A DNA stretch of 28,956 nucleotides from a bacterium (GCA_049472315.1 JBLIRN010000037.1:1-28956); one strand, 5' to 3'; numbered from the stretch's first letter, positions 1 to 11,569 are shown. Notes: generated from the letters alone by a model not told the origin. Numbers and translations are program-made.

Positions 1-413
1 ATACATTTTTCCCATTCAATGTCTCCTATATAACCGGCAATCCCGTTCATCCACAAGGCACATATCTGTATCAATATCAATCGCCTCTCTGGACTTCCGC
101 TTGGCAGTATCCGTATCAAGTACCAAGCCTTTTTTCATATAGTCACGTGACTCTGCCAAATCTTAATGTAAGTACTCGATCATATCTCCCCTCGTATGGT
201 TACTCTAATAATCAATATGGGCAATATCCATTCAGAAACCCGTTCGAAGGGATTTCGTTGAGCATGCAGGTATTTTCACCCTATAGTCATACCAACAATA
301 GTTATTCTTTTTCAAAAGGATATGGAATTTTCAACGGGACACAGGTAGATAATTCTTATCATAGATATGGGTTGACTCAATATCCCCAGTATTTATATCC
401 TGACTATCCCTAG
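1..413 (+). CDS. 3' end of a gene truncated by the left edge; Tyr/Ser/Pro/Gln-rich low-complexity C-terminal tail
   Basis: The frame of ORF 147..413 is open from position 3 (TFFPFNVSYITGNPVHPQGTYLYQYQSPLWTSAWQYPYQ...) to TAG at 411-413. It has 21 Tyr in 136 aa and few charged residues, a composition like the tail of the right-edge gene. Confidence 0.75.
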   Translation, partial: TFFPFNVSYITGNPVHPQGTYLYQYQSPLWTSAWQYPYQVPSLFSYSHVTLPNLNVSTRSYLPSYGYSNNQYGQYPFRNPFEGISLSMQVFSPYSHTNNSYSFSKGYGIFNGTQVDNSYHRYGLTQYPQYLYPDYP

Positions 414-573
414 AAATTTTTTTGTGTATACTGCTCCCCCAGCAGCAAGGGTATCCTGATGAAGATGTCCGCGACCTCCCACAGACGGTATACCTGGTGG
501 AGCACCTTCTTGATGCTTACGTTAGGCGTCGAATCCAGTGGCAAGATCCTGTGAACGCTGCATCAGAAGACCT

Positions 574-1467
574 TTAGAAGCTGAACTTTTCCACTTTTTC
601 GCCGTTTACCCAAACGGTATACGCACCCTCCGTGAAGGATCCCAGGGAGACCGTCACGTCAAAGGGATCGAGCACCTGAGCGCAGGCCAGGCCTGGATCC
701 ACAAGGGAATAGAGCTCGACCATGATCCGGTTCTGGCCGTCCGGTTCGGATACCGTGGCGCGCAGTTCATGGCACGGGGTAGGCAGGTCCCCCTTCAATC
801 CGAGCTTCACCTGCATCGGGTAGCTTTCCAGGATATAGATTTCCGTCTCCCTCAGATAGACAGAACCCCGCACCAGGTCCTCGTCTCCCGGCTGCGGGTC
901 CAGTGAATTCTGCGATGGAGGTTGGGGATCGTCCGAGCTCACCGGCCTGTTGTATGGATTGTAGGGGGCAAAGGACGGTCTGTAGAAGCTGCCGGGGAGC
1001 GTGCTGGAATAGGGAAGATACGATACGAAAAAGGGGCGCGTAAAGGACGTAACGCTGCCAACAATACCATAATTACCAATGCTGCCGACGCCTCCAATCG
1101 TGCCAATGATATCAGACCCTATGTTCAGCCCTGTAAATGTGTGCCGTGAGAAGCTGCCATAGGAAAGGGCACTGTAATTGGGAACACTGCCGGTTGCGTA
1201 TCGGCCCGAAAATGAAGGGTAGGCGGCGAATGAGCCGAAGGATTGGGCATAATTGGTATTATAAAAGGGAAAAGACAATGGCGAAGAGGTCCAAATGCCC
1301 GACATGAGGGATGCAGCATTCCACTGGAGGTCTGGAAAACTGCTGTAGTAGCAGCACGCATGCCTCAATCCCACCCCGCTCATGAGCAGCAACGCAATCA
1401 GGAGAAAGGTGGTCAGCATGCCCCCTTTTCGTTCCAAGCTCATGGATGTAAGGCTGCATTCAGACAT
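574..1467 (-). CDS. Exported hypothetical protein: signal peptide, Tyr/Ser/Phe/Gly-rich region, C-terminal ~95 aa beta-rich domain with two Cys
   Basis: 297 aa ORF with AAGGGGG upstream of ATG 1467 (alternative start 1419). Hydrophobic LTTFLLIALLLMSG segment. Globular-looking C-terminus ESYPMQV..GDLPTPC..CAQVLDPF..GAYTVWVNG. Confidence 0.8.
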   Translation of the reverse strand: MSECSLTSMSLERKGGMLTTFLLIALLLMSGVGLRHACCYYSSFPDLQWNAASLMSGIWTSSPLSFPFYNTNYAQSFGSFAAYPSFSGRYATGSVPNYSALSYGSFSRHTFTGLNIGSDIIGTIGGVGSIGNYGIVGSVTSFTRPFFVSYLPYSSTLPGSFYRPSFAPYNPYNRPVSSDDPQPPSQNSLDPQPGDEDLVRGSVYLRETEIYILESYPMQVKLGLKGDLPTPCHELRATVSEPDGQNRIMVELYSLVDPGLACAQVLDPFDVTVSLGSFTEGAYTVWVNGEKVEKFSF

Positions 1468-1793
1468 GGCTTTCCCCCTTTATGAGAATGGGTAGCATGG
1501 AACAGGGCGGTGTTCTCTACGCTTCGCCACCCTAAGATGTTTTGATTCTATGCTAAGTAGACGTATGAAAACCATGTTGCTTACCCGTGCCTTGGGTATC
1601 CTTTTTTGACTGTGTCATGTGATGCCCGGATTGATTCCTTCGATACCAGGGGAGCCTTGGCGGGGGAGGTTTATGTGTGTCATTTAAGATATAATGCATA
1701 TCAAAATGGATTGTATGGCTTAGATCAAATGCCTGAATATCTTTTTTGACACCAGGTGAAAATCCAGGATTCAATCAATGAAGGGAACAAGTC

Positions 1794-2483
1794 ATGGATG
1801 TGATTGCTCATATTGCCCAAATTCCTCTTTTTGAGGGTCTTCCCGAAAATAATCTGGAAGGCCTTGCCAGAATCGTCGTTGACCGGCAATTCGGTGCCGG
1901 CGAGACCGTATTCCTTGAAGGGCAGGAAGGCACTGGATTCTATGTGATGTTCTCCGGACGGGTGAAGGTCTATAAGCTTGCTTCCGACGGCAAGGAACAG
2001 ATCCTCCATATCTTCGGCCCGGGTGAACCATTCGGGGAGATCGCCCTTTTTGAGGACAGGAGGTTCCCGGCATATGCAGAGACCATAGAGAAAAGCAGGA
2101 TTTTATTCTTCCCCAGGTCCTCTTTTCTGGACCTGATTAAAAAGGACCCTTCCCTGGCCCTGAATATGCTGGGCCTTTTATCCCAGCGATTGCGCAGGTT
2201 TACCTCTCTCATTGAAGACCTTTCCCTGAAGGAGGTTCCCGGAAGACTGGCGGCGTACTTGCTTTATTTGAGCCGGAGGAATCAAGACGCTGATGACCTT
2301 ACCATTGATATATCAAAGGGACAGTTGGCCAGTTTGCTGGGCACCATCCCGGAGACCCTTTCACGAATCCTCACCCGCTTGATCAAGGCAGGATTTATTC
2401 AGGAGGACGCTCGCCATATCTTTCATATATTGGACAGGAGAGGCTTACAGGAGTTGGCGGAGGGGATCAGACGGTTATCGTGA
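1794..2483 (+). CDS. Crp/Fnr family transcriptional regulator (HcpR-like)
   Basis: cNMP-binding domain (GRVKVYK..DGKEQILHIFGPGEPFGE) and HTH SKGQLASLLGTIPETLSR. No FNR-type Cys cluster. Confidence 0.95.
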   Translation: MDVIAHIAQIPLFEGLPENNLEGLARIVVDRQFGAGETVFLEGQEGTGFYVMFSGRVKVYKLASDGKEQILHIFGPGEPFGEIALFEDRRFPAYAETIEKSRILFFPRSSFLDLIKKDPSLALNMLGLLSQRLRRFTSLIEDLSLKEVPGRLAAYLLYLSRRNQDADDLTIDISKGQLASLLGTIPETLSRILTRLIKAGFIQEDARHIFHILDRRGLQELAEGIRRLS

Positions 2484-2619
2484 GCGTTTGATTTGGTAAT
2501 GTGACGGCGCTATCTCCTATGTACCACCTTCCCTAAACAGACGTGCAGTAAAAATGGGCTGAACTTATTAAGCTCGTGTATGAGGTGAATCCTCCTCAGT
2601 GGCCGAAATGCCTGCGCGA

Positions 2620-2659
2620 TATGGGGATTGTCACCATTATGGAGGATTATCTCCATTAT
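2620..2659. repeat. Imperfect tandem pair of 18/19 bp palindromic units
   Basis: TATGGGGATTGTCACCAT followed by TATGGAGGATTATCTCCAT; the second unit contains the inverted repeat ATGGAG-N6-CTCCAT. Confidence 0.6.
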
Positions 2660-3079
2660 AAACGATCCGCATGTCATGGGGAAGATTTAAAACATCTTGA
2701 CCTCCAGCGTCCGTAGACCTCGGCCCTCCGACTAGTACAATAAATTTAAGATAGCTGAAGAAACAATGTACGCCTACAGCATCTTCAATTATCTTCCCGC
2801 ATAACCATCCCTATCAGGACTCTACCAATATCATTATAAAAATTTGGGGGAAAGTGGATCATTTTTACGTCTATTGAAAATAGAAGGATTATATGCTTAG
2901 ACCTCAATTTTTTTCCATCAAACAGATCCATCCAAGATAGGCAACAACGTTTTTCCAAAAAGAACCCTTAAGTAACCATGCAATATCTTCATTGTTGAAA
3001 GGAGGTGATACAAAACTGTTGGATATTCAAGAGCTCACGATTCATAATTTCATGTTTTTCGAGGTTAAGGAGGAAAATC

Positions 3080-3610
3080 ATGAAAGGACAATGTGTAAAA
3101 TGCCTAGTGATCGGTGTGATGGTTTTTGGCTTGGTTTTCGTCCTTATGGCACGTTCCACATGGGCGGCAACGAGCCAGACTGGTGATGATGCCATAAGAC
3201 AGCAGCAGGAGTATATTAAACGAATTGTGACGAATCCATCCGGAACATGGATTGAGTATATGCAGAGGACCAGTTTGGCGGACCTGTGGCTCACAGGTAC
3301 AGTCTATCCTGAAATAACCTACAGGGTTCAGATGCCGAATATCTTTCCAAATTGGGGAGCCCCATCTATTGACTACACTGAATATAGTCCCATCGGCGGT
3401 ATTGGCGGGATCCAGATCTTCCCGGGGTTATGGGACCTCATAGGATGGGGTGGTGGCATATGGTCCGGAGGTGGATCACCATGGTGGGGTTCAGGAATAA
3501 CTGGGGGAACATCGCCGCCATCGTCACAATGGGGGTATTTCAATCCGGGATCATTTTGGTTTGGAAACATGTGGGATACCTATAGTAACCCTTCCAATTT
3601 CCTTTATTAA
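3080..3610 (+). CDS. Exported hypothetical protein with Trp/Gly/Pro/Ser-rich C-terminal half
   Basis: Strong RBS AAGGAGG before ATG 3080. Signal peptide MKGQCVKCLVIGVMVFGLVFVLMARSTWA. 176 aa, with 9 Trp in the last ~90 aa. Confidence 0.85.
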   Translation: MKGQCVKCLVIGVMVFGLVFVLMARSTWAATSQTGDDAIRQQQEYIKRIVTNPSGTWIEYMQRTSLADLWLTGTVYPEITYRVQMPNIFPNWGAPSIDYTEYSPIGGIGGIQIFPGLWDLIGWGGGIWSGGGSPWWGSGITGGTSPPSSQWGYFNPGSFWFGNMWDTYSNPSNFLY

Positions 3611-3676
3611 ATGGTTTTGAAGTTCCAGTATACGATAGATTGGGATGACTTTATAAACCATGCCTGTTTGATGAAT

Positions 3677-3958
3677 CTAGCCCGAAGGCTCGATCGTTCG
3701 GGCTAGATTCACTATAAATTGCCTTTTCAATATTGACATGGTCGTACTGCCCATTGCTATCGGCATCCCTTGCCTTTCCTTGCCTTGCTTGTGCTCATTC
3801 TGGTGCTCAAATTCCTGCTCCCGCTCTGCGGGTTCGTTACCGTGATCGGGCCGGGAAGGAGGGTCGACATCTGCTATCCGGAGGATCAGTCCGCTGTACC
3901 TACGGAGTTTCATCTCGTCGGTGTATCGGCATACTGGCTCTTTGGTCTGGGTGATCAT
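3677..3958 (-). CDS. Possible small hypothetical protein downstream of murJ
   Basis: 93 aa hydrophilic ORF, co-oriented with and 46 bp after murJ. No recognisable motif, so it may be spurious. Confidence 0.25.
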   Translation of the reverse strand: MITQTKEPVCRYTDEMKLRRYSGLILRIADVDPPSRPDHGNEPAEREQEFEHQNEHKQGKERQGMPIAMGSTTMSILKRQFIVNLARTIEPSG

Positions 3959-4004
3959 TCACCCGGTTTTATCTAGGGGAATGCCGGGCTGCGCCGTCTT
4001 CGCA

Positions 4005-5678
4005 TCATATTTCCGTGGTCCGCCCGTCATCGGCGTCCGTTTTTTTATGTGTAAACCGGGAAATAACCATGCGGGTGATGGAGGACATCTCGTGAATACC
4101 GAGGATCTTCGCTGCTGCAATGTATATGAGGGCGCCCGCGCCCGTGCCCGTTCCCACGGAGAGGATCTGTCCGCTGAAGGCATCGCCTGCCATGCCGTGC
4201 ACGAGCCTCCAGGCTGAATAGGCTCCGATCCCTAAAAGACATGAGGCGGTGAGTATCTTGCTCAGGCTGGAGAGTATTCTTCTGCCGTCCACGTCGCCCA
4301 CCCGCCTTCTCAGGATAATGAAGAGACAGGCAAAGTTGAAGGTCATGACCAGGGAGGTGGAAAGGGCGATGCCGCCGTGTCCCAGTGGCCGGGAGAGAAC
4401 CCAGTCACCGAGGTAATTGACGGCAATGGCCGCCACGGTGACGAGCGTAGGAGTCAGGGTGTCCTTGAGGGAATAGAATGCTCGGTTGGTAAGATGAAGC
4501 ACGCCTGCCGAGGTAAGCCCCAGGGTGTAAAACACCAGTGCATAGGCAACCGCATTGGTGGACTCCATGCCGAATGCCCCCCGCATGAAGAGCAGCTTCA
4601 CAATCGGGCGGGCAAGGACGATGAGCAGCATGGATGCGGGCACCATGATCAGAAACACGCTCCTCAGCCCCAGGGAGTAGGATTCCTTCAACCCTGCAAG
4701 GTCATTCATCGCGGAATGCCTGGAAAATTTCGGGAAAAGGACCGTGGAGATGGTAACCGCAAAAAGGCCCATGGGAAGATACCAGATGCGCAGGGCATAG
4801 TGGAGCGCCGCCACGCTCCCTGCCGCAAGCAGGGAGGCGAAGCGGGTATCCACAAACACGTTTATCTCGATGCTCGCCAGGCTGAAGACAATGGGGATGA
4901 AGAGGGTGATGATCTGTTTCACACCCGGGTGGTGCCAGGCGAGGGTAAGCGAGTAGCGCCAGTTTCTTTTTTTGAGAAAGGGGATCTGAAAGAGAAGCTG
5001 GACGAGCCCGCCCAGGGTCACCCCGATCGCCAGGCTCATGGGCCCGAGCCCGCGCGTCAGCACGACCACGGAGGTGATGATCAGGATGTTGAAGCATACG
5101 GGGGCGAAGGCGGGTGCGGTGAAATGGTTGTAGGAATGAAGCATGCCCATGACAAAGCCAGACATCCCCAGAAAGAGGATGCTCGGAAACATGACCCTGG
5201 TCATCAGCACGGTGAGGCGGAATTTTTCAGCATCCGCTGTATACCCGGGAGCAATCGCCCTGGTGACCTGCGGGGCAATGAAGAATCCTACCACCATGCA
5301 GAGGAAAAAGAACACCGTCAGGAAGTTCGCCACGCTGCTTGCCACGGTGTTGACGTTTTCGGGCTCTTTATTCGTGAGGCATGTGGTTATGACCGGGATG
5401 AAGGCGGAGCCTATAGCTGCGCTGCCGAAGAGCTGCAGGAGGAGGTTCGGAATCATGTATGCCACCTGGAAGGCGTCGACCGCCATCCCGCTTCCGAAGT
5501 AGGCGGCCATGACCATCTCCCTGATGAAGCCGAAGAAGCGGCTGGTCAGTGTCCCGAGCAGCACGACCATCGAGGCCCTGGCCAGGAAGGACCGTTGGCC
5601 GGCCTTCTCCCGGTCACCGGCCTGTGCCTCCCGAGGGACCGCTGCCTCCTCGGCGCTTACCTCCTCAATGGAATCCAT
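4005..5678 (-). CDS. murJ: Lipid II flippase MurJ (MviN)
   Basis: Motifs SRFFGFIRE..AAYFG, DAFQVAYMIPN, AFIPV, HFTAPAFAPVCFN, LPMGLF..STVLFP, RAFYSLKDT.TP, GHGGIALSTS; many TM segments. Confidence 0.97.
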   Translation of the reverse strand: MDSIEEVSAEEAAVPREAQAGDREKAGQRSFLARASMVVLLGTLTSRFFGFIREMVMAAYFGSGMAVDAFQVAYMIPNLLLQLFGSAAIGSAFIPVITTCLTNKEPENVNTVASSVANFLTVFFFLCMVVGFFIAPQVTRAIAPGYTADAEKFRLTVLMTRVMFPSILFLGMSGFVMGMLHSYNHFTAPAFAPVCFNILIITSVVVLTRGLGPMSLAIGVTLGGLVQLLFQIPFLKKRNWRYSLTLAWHHPGVKQIITLFIPIVFSLASIEINVFVDTRFASLLAAGSVAALHYALRIWYLPMGLFAVTISTVLFPKFSRHSAMNDLAGLKESYSLGLRSVFLIMVPASMLLIVLARPIVKLLFMRGAFGMESTNAVAYALVFYTLGLTSAGVLHLTNRAFYSLKDTLTPTLVTVAAIAVNYLGDWVLSRPLGHGGIALSTSLVMTFNFACLFIILRRRVGDVDGRRILSSLSKILTASCLLGIGAYSAWRLVHGMAGDAFSGQILSVGTGTGAGALIYIAAAKILGIHEMSSITRMVISRFTHKKTDADDGRTTEI

Positions 5679-5937
5679 GGAATCATCGACCCCCGTGTAT
5701 GGTGAAAAAGTAGCAACTGCTCAATTTTTAAGGGAAGGTGATGGGGCAGCAAAACTCTGTCAGGCGAAGCGGAGCAGCCATTTCCCACAATGTATTGAGC
5801 GGTTACAAAAAAGGTTCATGGGATCAGGCACCCAGGTGCTGATGCCCCCTTCATATCCCGGATATATTCCCACGCAAACACACCGGAGTCAATACAGGAA
5901 GACCTTTATGATGTTCCTGTAGAGTGCACAGGTATTG

Positions 5938-5984
5938 AAAAAAAGGATGCCGGGCGCAAAGGGTTTACCCCTGCGCCCGGCATC
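5938..5984 (-). terminator. Rho-independent terminator of hppA
   Basis: 13 bp perfect stem GATGCCGGGCGCA/TGCGCCCGGCATC followed on the minus strand by a T7 tract, ~100 bp after the hppA stop. Confidence 0.85.
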
Positions 5985-6081
5985 ACATATGGTCGGCTGT
6001 ATACGATGTGTCGCGTGATATCTTCTCACGTTCACATACGGATGTGTTGATCCGGTCAACCGATACCGAAGTCCTTCGGTC

Positions 6082-8127
<2,046 letters not shown>

Positions 8128-8296
8128 AGTCCCTCCCTGCAAGAGTTTAAGGAGTCCCGTTACGCCAACGTTTCTCTGGTACGATCCGGTATGTTTTCGG
8201 CTGCCTTCGCGCTGTTTTCCGAATGGGAGGGCGTCTCTTCCCATTCAGGCACAGGGTGCCTTGACGTCTCACATACCCAGCAGGTGCCAACGAAAG

Positions 8297-8325
8297 ATAT
8301 TAATGAAAAATTGCCATCCTTGCAA
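8297..8325 (-). promoter_or_regulatory. Candidate sigma70 promoter for hppA
   Basis: TTGCAA-N17-TAATAT on the minus strand, ~170 bp upstream of the start codon. Confidence 0.45.
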
Positions 8326-8710
8326 ATTTTTTCCAAAGGAACGTCCGATGCTCAAGACTGTCAAGGGGATCAGGACAGGGGCCTAAGCCGGTCATTTTTC
8401 GAAATTCGTCCTTTTTTGACCGCGTAAGCGTTGTCCCGAGGCAAGGACTCTCGGCTACAGTCATACATGGTTCGCCATTCTCATTATGCTTCGGGGTCTT
8501 CCGTCATACCGTGCAGTCCCTGAGCGATATATCCCGAAACGAAGGGGATGATCGAAGGTCGAACTCGGCTTTCCATTATTTTCCCCGGGAGTCTTGTATG
8601 ATCAACGAATACTGCTGTAATAAGTGGAAAGAACAGGTGGATGCTCCCAAATGAAAGGGCACGCTATTTATTTTGAAAGCATTAAACTATTTTTTGAATT
8701 ATAATAAAAA

Positions 8711-8739
8711 TTGACAAAAAGACATAAAGTTTATATAAT
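8711..8739 (+). promoter_or_regulatory. Perfect-consensus sigma70 promoter with AT-rich upstream element
   Basis: TTGACA (8711-8716), 17 bp spacer, TATAAT (8734-8739), preceded by A/T tracts. Confidence 0.8.
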
Positions 8740-9185
8740 TTATTATGGTGACAACCGCTTACGCAAAGCAGGGAGGATGAGGGCCAGGGAAGATACGTGG
8801 TGGTTCGCTGTACACCCAGCCTCTTGCATGCATTGCGTCCCATAATGTGCAATGTCCTCATATGCTTCGAATCAGGGATTTTTTCATACCTCAGTGTATT
8901 ACACCGATTGGCCATCCCCTATCATTGCACGATTGCTCGATCATGAGCGGGCGGTTTATCGCAGGTATCCCTGGCTTCAGAGGTTTCCATGGCCATCCGC
9001 ATAGCCCCGGTTCCGAGAAGACATCGATCGGCATCCCCGATGGTTGAGGCCATCGAGTGCTCATCTAAGCAAGAGCGGGTGCATGGTATGTACGAGAGGG
9101 AGCATACTCAATGAATCTTCCGGCGTAGTGGGGGATATCGGTGCCATTCATATGCGATCCATGAGGAAGACGGAGAGGTGAACGG

Positions 9186-11489
9186 GTGATGCGCGACAAA
9201 AGGGATGAAAGGATCAAGATAGGGTCGATGATTCTGTTTGTCACGATATCGGTCGCCTCTATCTACTATTTCCATCTTGTTGCCGGCACCACCATGATGT
9301 TCACCCACTTTTTGTATATTCCGATCATCCTGTCGTGCATCTGGTGGAAGAGGAGGGGGATAGCGGTTGCCGTATTTCTGGCAGGTAATCTTCTTTTCAG
9401 CCATGTCTTTTACCAGTGGCAGACATTGCATGCCCACGATGTCCTGCGCTCGTTCATGTTTGTCATCGTTGCCATTCTGGTGGTCGAGATACGGGAGAGA
9501 AACGATCAGGCAGAGGAGGAGGTACAGCTTGCATACGAGAAGATCAATCAGATATTCCGGACCACGGGGAACGGATTGCGGGTGATCGACACCGATTTCA
9601 ACATGATGCATTACAATGAGAGCCTCTTGACCTTATTGAGGATCACCAAGGAAGAGATAGCGGGTAAAAAGTGTTATGAGGTGTTTCCCGGTCCTCTGTG
9701 TCATACGCCCGGTTGTCCGGTGAGGCGCATTCTGGAAGGCGAGGAACACGTTGAGTGCGAAATAGAAAAGAAGTGCAATGACGGTACCAGGATATTTTGC
9801 ATCATCACGGCGAATCCGCTGAGAGGGGCGAAGGGGACGGTGATCGGGATCGTCGAGGACATCAAGGACATATCCGATCGAAGGCGGGCGGAGGAGGCTC
9901 TGCGGGAGAGCGAGAAGAGGTACCGCACCTTTGCAAAGAACTTCAAGGGAATTCTCTACCAGACGGATATCCATTTTACACCGATCTTTTTTCACGGGGC
10001 TGTGGAGGCGATTACAGGGTATAAGGAGGAAGACTTCGTCAGCAAAGGTCCGATGTGGGATCGCATCATCCACCGTGAGGATTTCCCTGTCATCGATCGG
10101 GAGTCAAGGAAATTGTTGACGGTTCCCCACTATTCGAGGGAACGCGAGTACAAGATTGTGCGCAGGGACGGTGAGATTCGATGGGTTGAGGAGATCATTC
10201 AGAACACCTGTGACAAATCCGGAAAACCCGTGGTGATTCAAGGGGTCATTTATGACATAACCGAACGCAAGCGTGCGGAATCGGCATTGAAGGATAGTGA
10301 GGAGCGTTTTCTGCACGCGCAAAAGATGGATGCGATCGGACGGCTTGCCGGAGGGGTGGCCCATGATTTCAATAACCTCCTTACCGTGATTACCGGAAAC
10401 AGCGATCTGCTCCTGAACGAGATGTCTCCTGATAATGCCTGCCGGGGTGATATCGAGGAGATTTACAGGGCAGGTGAACGAGCCACCGGACTCACCCGCC
10501 AGCTTCTGGCATTCAGCCGGAGGCAGCTCCTGTCGCCGAAAATGCTCGATCTTGCCGCGGTGGTTGCGGATGCAGAGAAGATGCTCAAGCGGATCATCGG
10601 GGAGGACATTGAACTGGTCACACTTCCGTCATCGGGCCCCCATCGGGTGAAGGCGGATCCGGGACAGATCCTTCAGATCATCGTCAACCTCTCCGTCAAT
10701 GCCTGTGACGCCATGCCCCATGGAGGCAAGCTGATCATCAGGATGAAAAATATGGTCTTCGAGGAAGAACAGTGCATAATGGTCCCCGAGGCACGTCCCG
10801 GGCGATTCGTCTGTCTTTCCTTCGAGGATACGGGGATCGGCATGGACAAGACCACCCTCAGTCATATCTTCGAACCCTTTTTCACCACCAAGGGTCCGGG
10901 AGAGGGGACCGGCCTGGGCCTTTCCACGGTCTACGGTATCGTGAAGCAACACGAGGGATTCATCACCGTGTACAGCGAGCCGGGACAGGGGACCACATTC
11001 AAGGTGTACCTCCCGGTTCCCTCCGTTGATCTGGAGACAGCGCCGGAGGAACATGGTTCCCTGGATGCCCTGCATGGGCAGGGCGAAAGGATACTCCTGG
11101 TGGAGGACGAGGAGGGCGTCCGTCGGTTTGCCAGGAAGGCGCTCAGCAAGAATGGATACTCGGTCTTTGAGGCTGGCTGTGCCCAGGAGGCAATGGATAT
11201 CTTTGACCGGGAGAAGGGGAATTTTCTCCTTGTGCTGAGCGATGTGGTATTACCCGACCAGAACGGCATTCAACTGGTTGACCGTCTCCTTTCAAAGAAC
11301 CGGCACCTGATGGTCATTTTGAGCAGTGGATACAGCGATCAGAGATCACAGTGGCCCCTGATCTGCGAGAGAAATTTTAAATTCATCAAGAAGCCTTACA
11401 CCGCATTGAATCTATTGCAGGCAGTGAAAGAGGTGCGCGAGCAGCCTCCCTCTTCCTCTCATGAAGATAGGGTGCTTCTTCAGGATTAG
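9186..11489 (+). CDS. Membrane-bound PAS hybrid sensor histidine kinase/response regulator
   Basis: About 4 N-terminal TM helices, two PAS/PAC domains (DISDRR, DITERK), H-box AHDFNNLL, N-box NACDAM, DTGIGM, FEPFFTTK, GTGLGL. Receiver intact (LVEDEE, SD685/686VVLP, KKP). Confidence 0.95.
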   Translation: MMRDKRDERIKIGSMILFVTISVASIYYFHLVAGTTMMFTHFLYIPIILSCIWWKRRGIAVAVFLAGNLLFSHVFYQWQTLHAHDVLRSFMFVIVAILVVEIRERNDQAEEEVQLAYEKINQIFRTTGNGLRVIDTDFNMMHYNESLLTLLRITKEEIAGKKCYEVFPGPLCHTPGCPVRRILEGEEHVECEIEKKCNDGTRIFCIITANPLRGAKGTVIGIVEDIKDISDRRRAEEALRESEKRYRTFAKNFKGILYQTDIHFTPIFFHGAVEAITGYKEEDFVSKGPMWDRIIHREDFPVIDRESRKLLTVPHYSREREYKIVRRDGEIRWVEEIIQNTCDKSGKPVVIQGVIYDITERKRAESALKDSEERFLHAQKMDAIGRLAGGVAHDFNNLLTVITGNSDLLLNEMSPDNACRGDIEEIYRAGERATGLTRQLLAFSRRQLLSPKMLDLAAVVADAEKMLKRIIGEDIELVTLPSSGPHRVKADPGQILQIIVNLSVNACDAMPHGGKLIIRMKNMVFEEEQCIMVPEARPGRFVCLSFEDTGIGMDKTTLSHIFEPFFTTKGPGEGTGLGLSTVYGIVKQHEGFITVYSEPGQGTTFKVYLPVPSVDLETAPEEHGSLDALHGQGERILLVEDEEGVRRFARKALSKNGYSVFEAGCAQEAMDIFDREKGNFLLVLSDVVLPDQNGIQLVDRLLSKNRHLMVILSSGYSDQRSQWPLICERNFKFIKKPYTALNLLQAVKEVREQPPSSSHEDRVLLQD

Positions 11490-11539
11490 CAGCCCTTGTC
11501 CCCCGCCCGGGGTTCGCCTTCCCTCCGTATTACGCCACT

Positions 11540-11569
11540 TTGACATAGGCCCCTTGCATTGCGTATGCT
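11540..11569 (+). promoter_or_regulatory. Candidate sigma70 promoter for the dus-cytochrome genes
   Basis: TTGACA-N18-TATGCT, ~110 bp upstream of the ORF start. Confidence 0.45.

Noticed and set aside
1600..1765. Crp/Fnr (HcpR) binding sites at TTGACTGTGTCAT and TTGACACCAGGTGAA
   Set aside because: Half-site spacing and second halves do not fit TTGAY-N4-RTCAA or TGTGA-N6-TCACA.
4377..5705. 442 aa plus-strand ORF and other long ORFs overlapping murJ, hppA, the kinases and the permease
   Set aside because: Antisense or alternate-frame shadows of GC-rich, well-supported genes; no motifs.
8128..8244. 39 aa N-terminal extension of HppA in the ORF track
   Set aside because: A strong RBS sits before ATG 8127 and the extension overlaps a structured leader. 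The ORF-track starts at 3005, 21885 and 24521 were shortened for the same RBS reason.
8747..8800. c-di-GMP-I riboswitch suggested by ACGCAAAGC
   Set aside because: The GGCAAAC start and the P2 stem with GNRA loop are missing.
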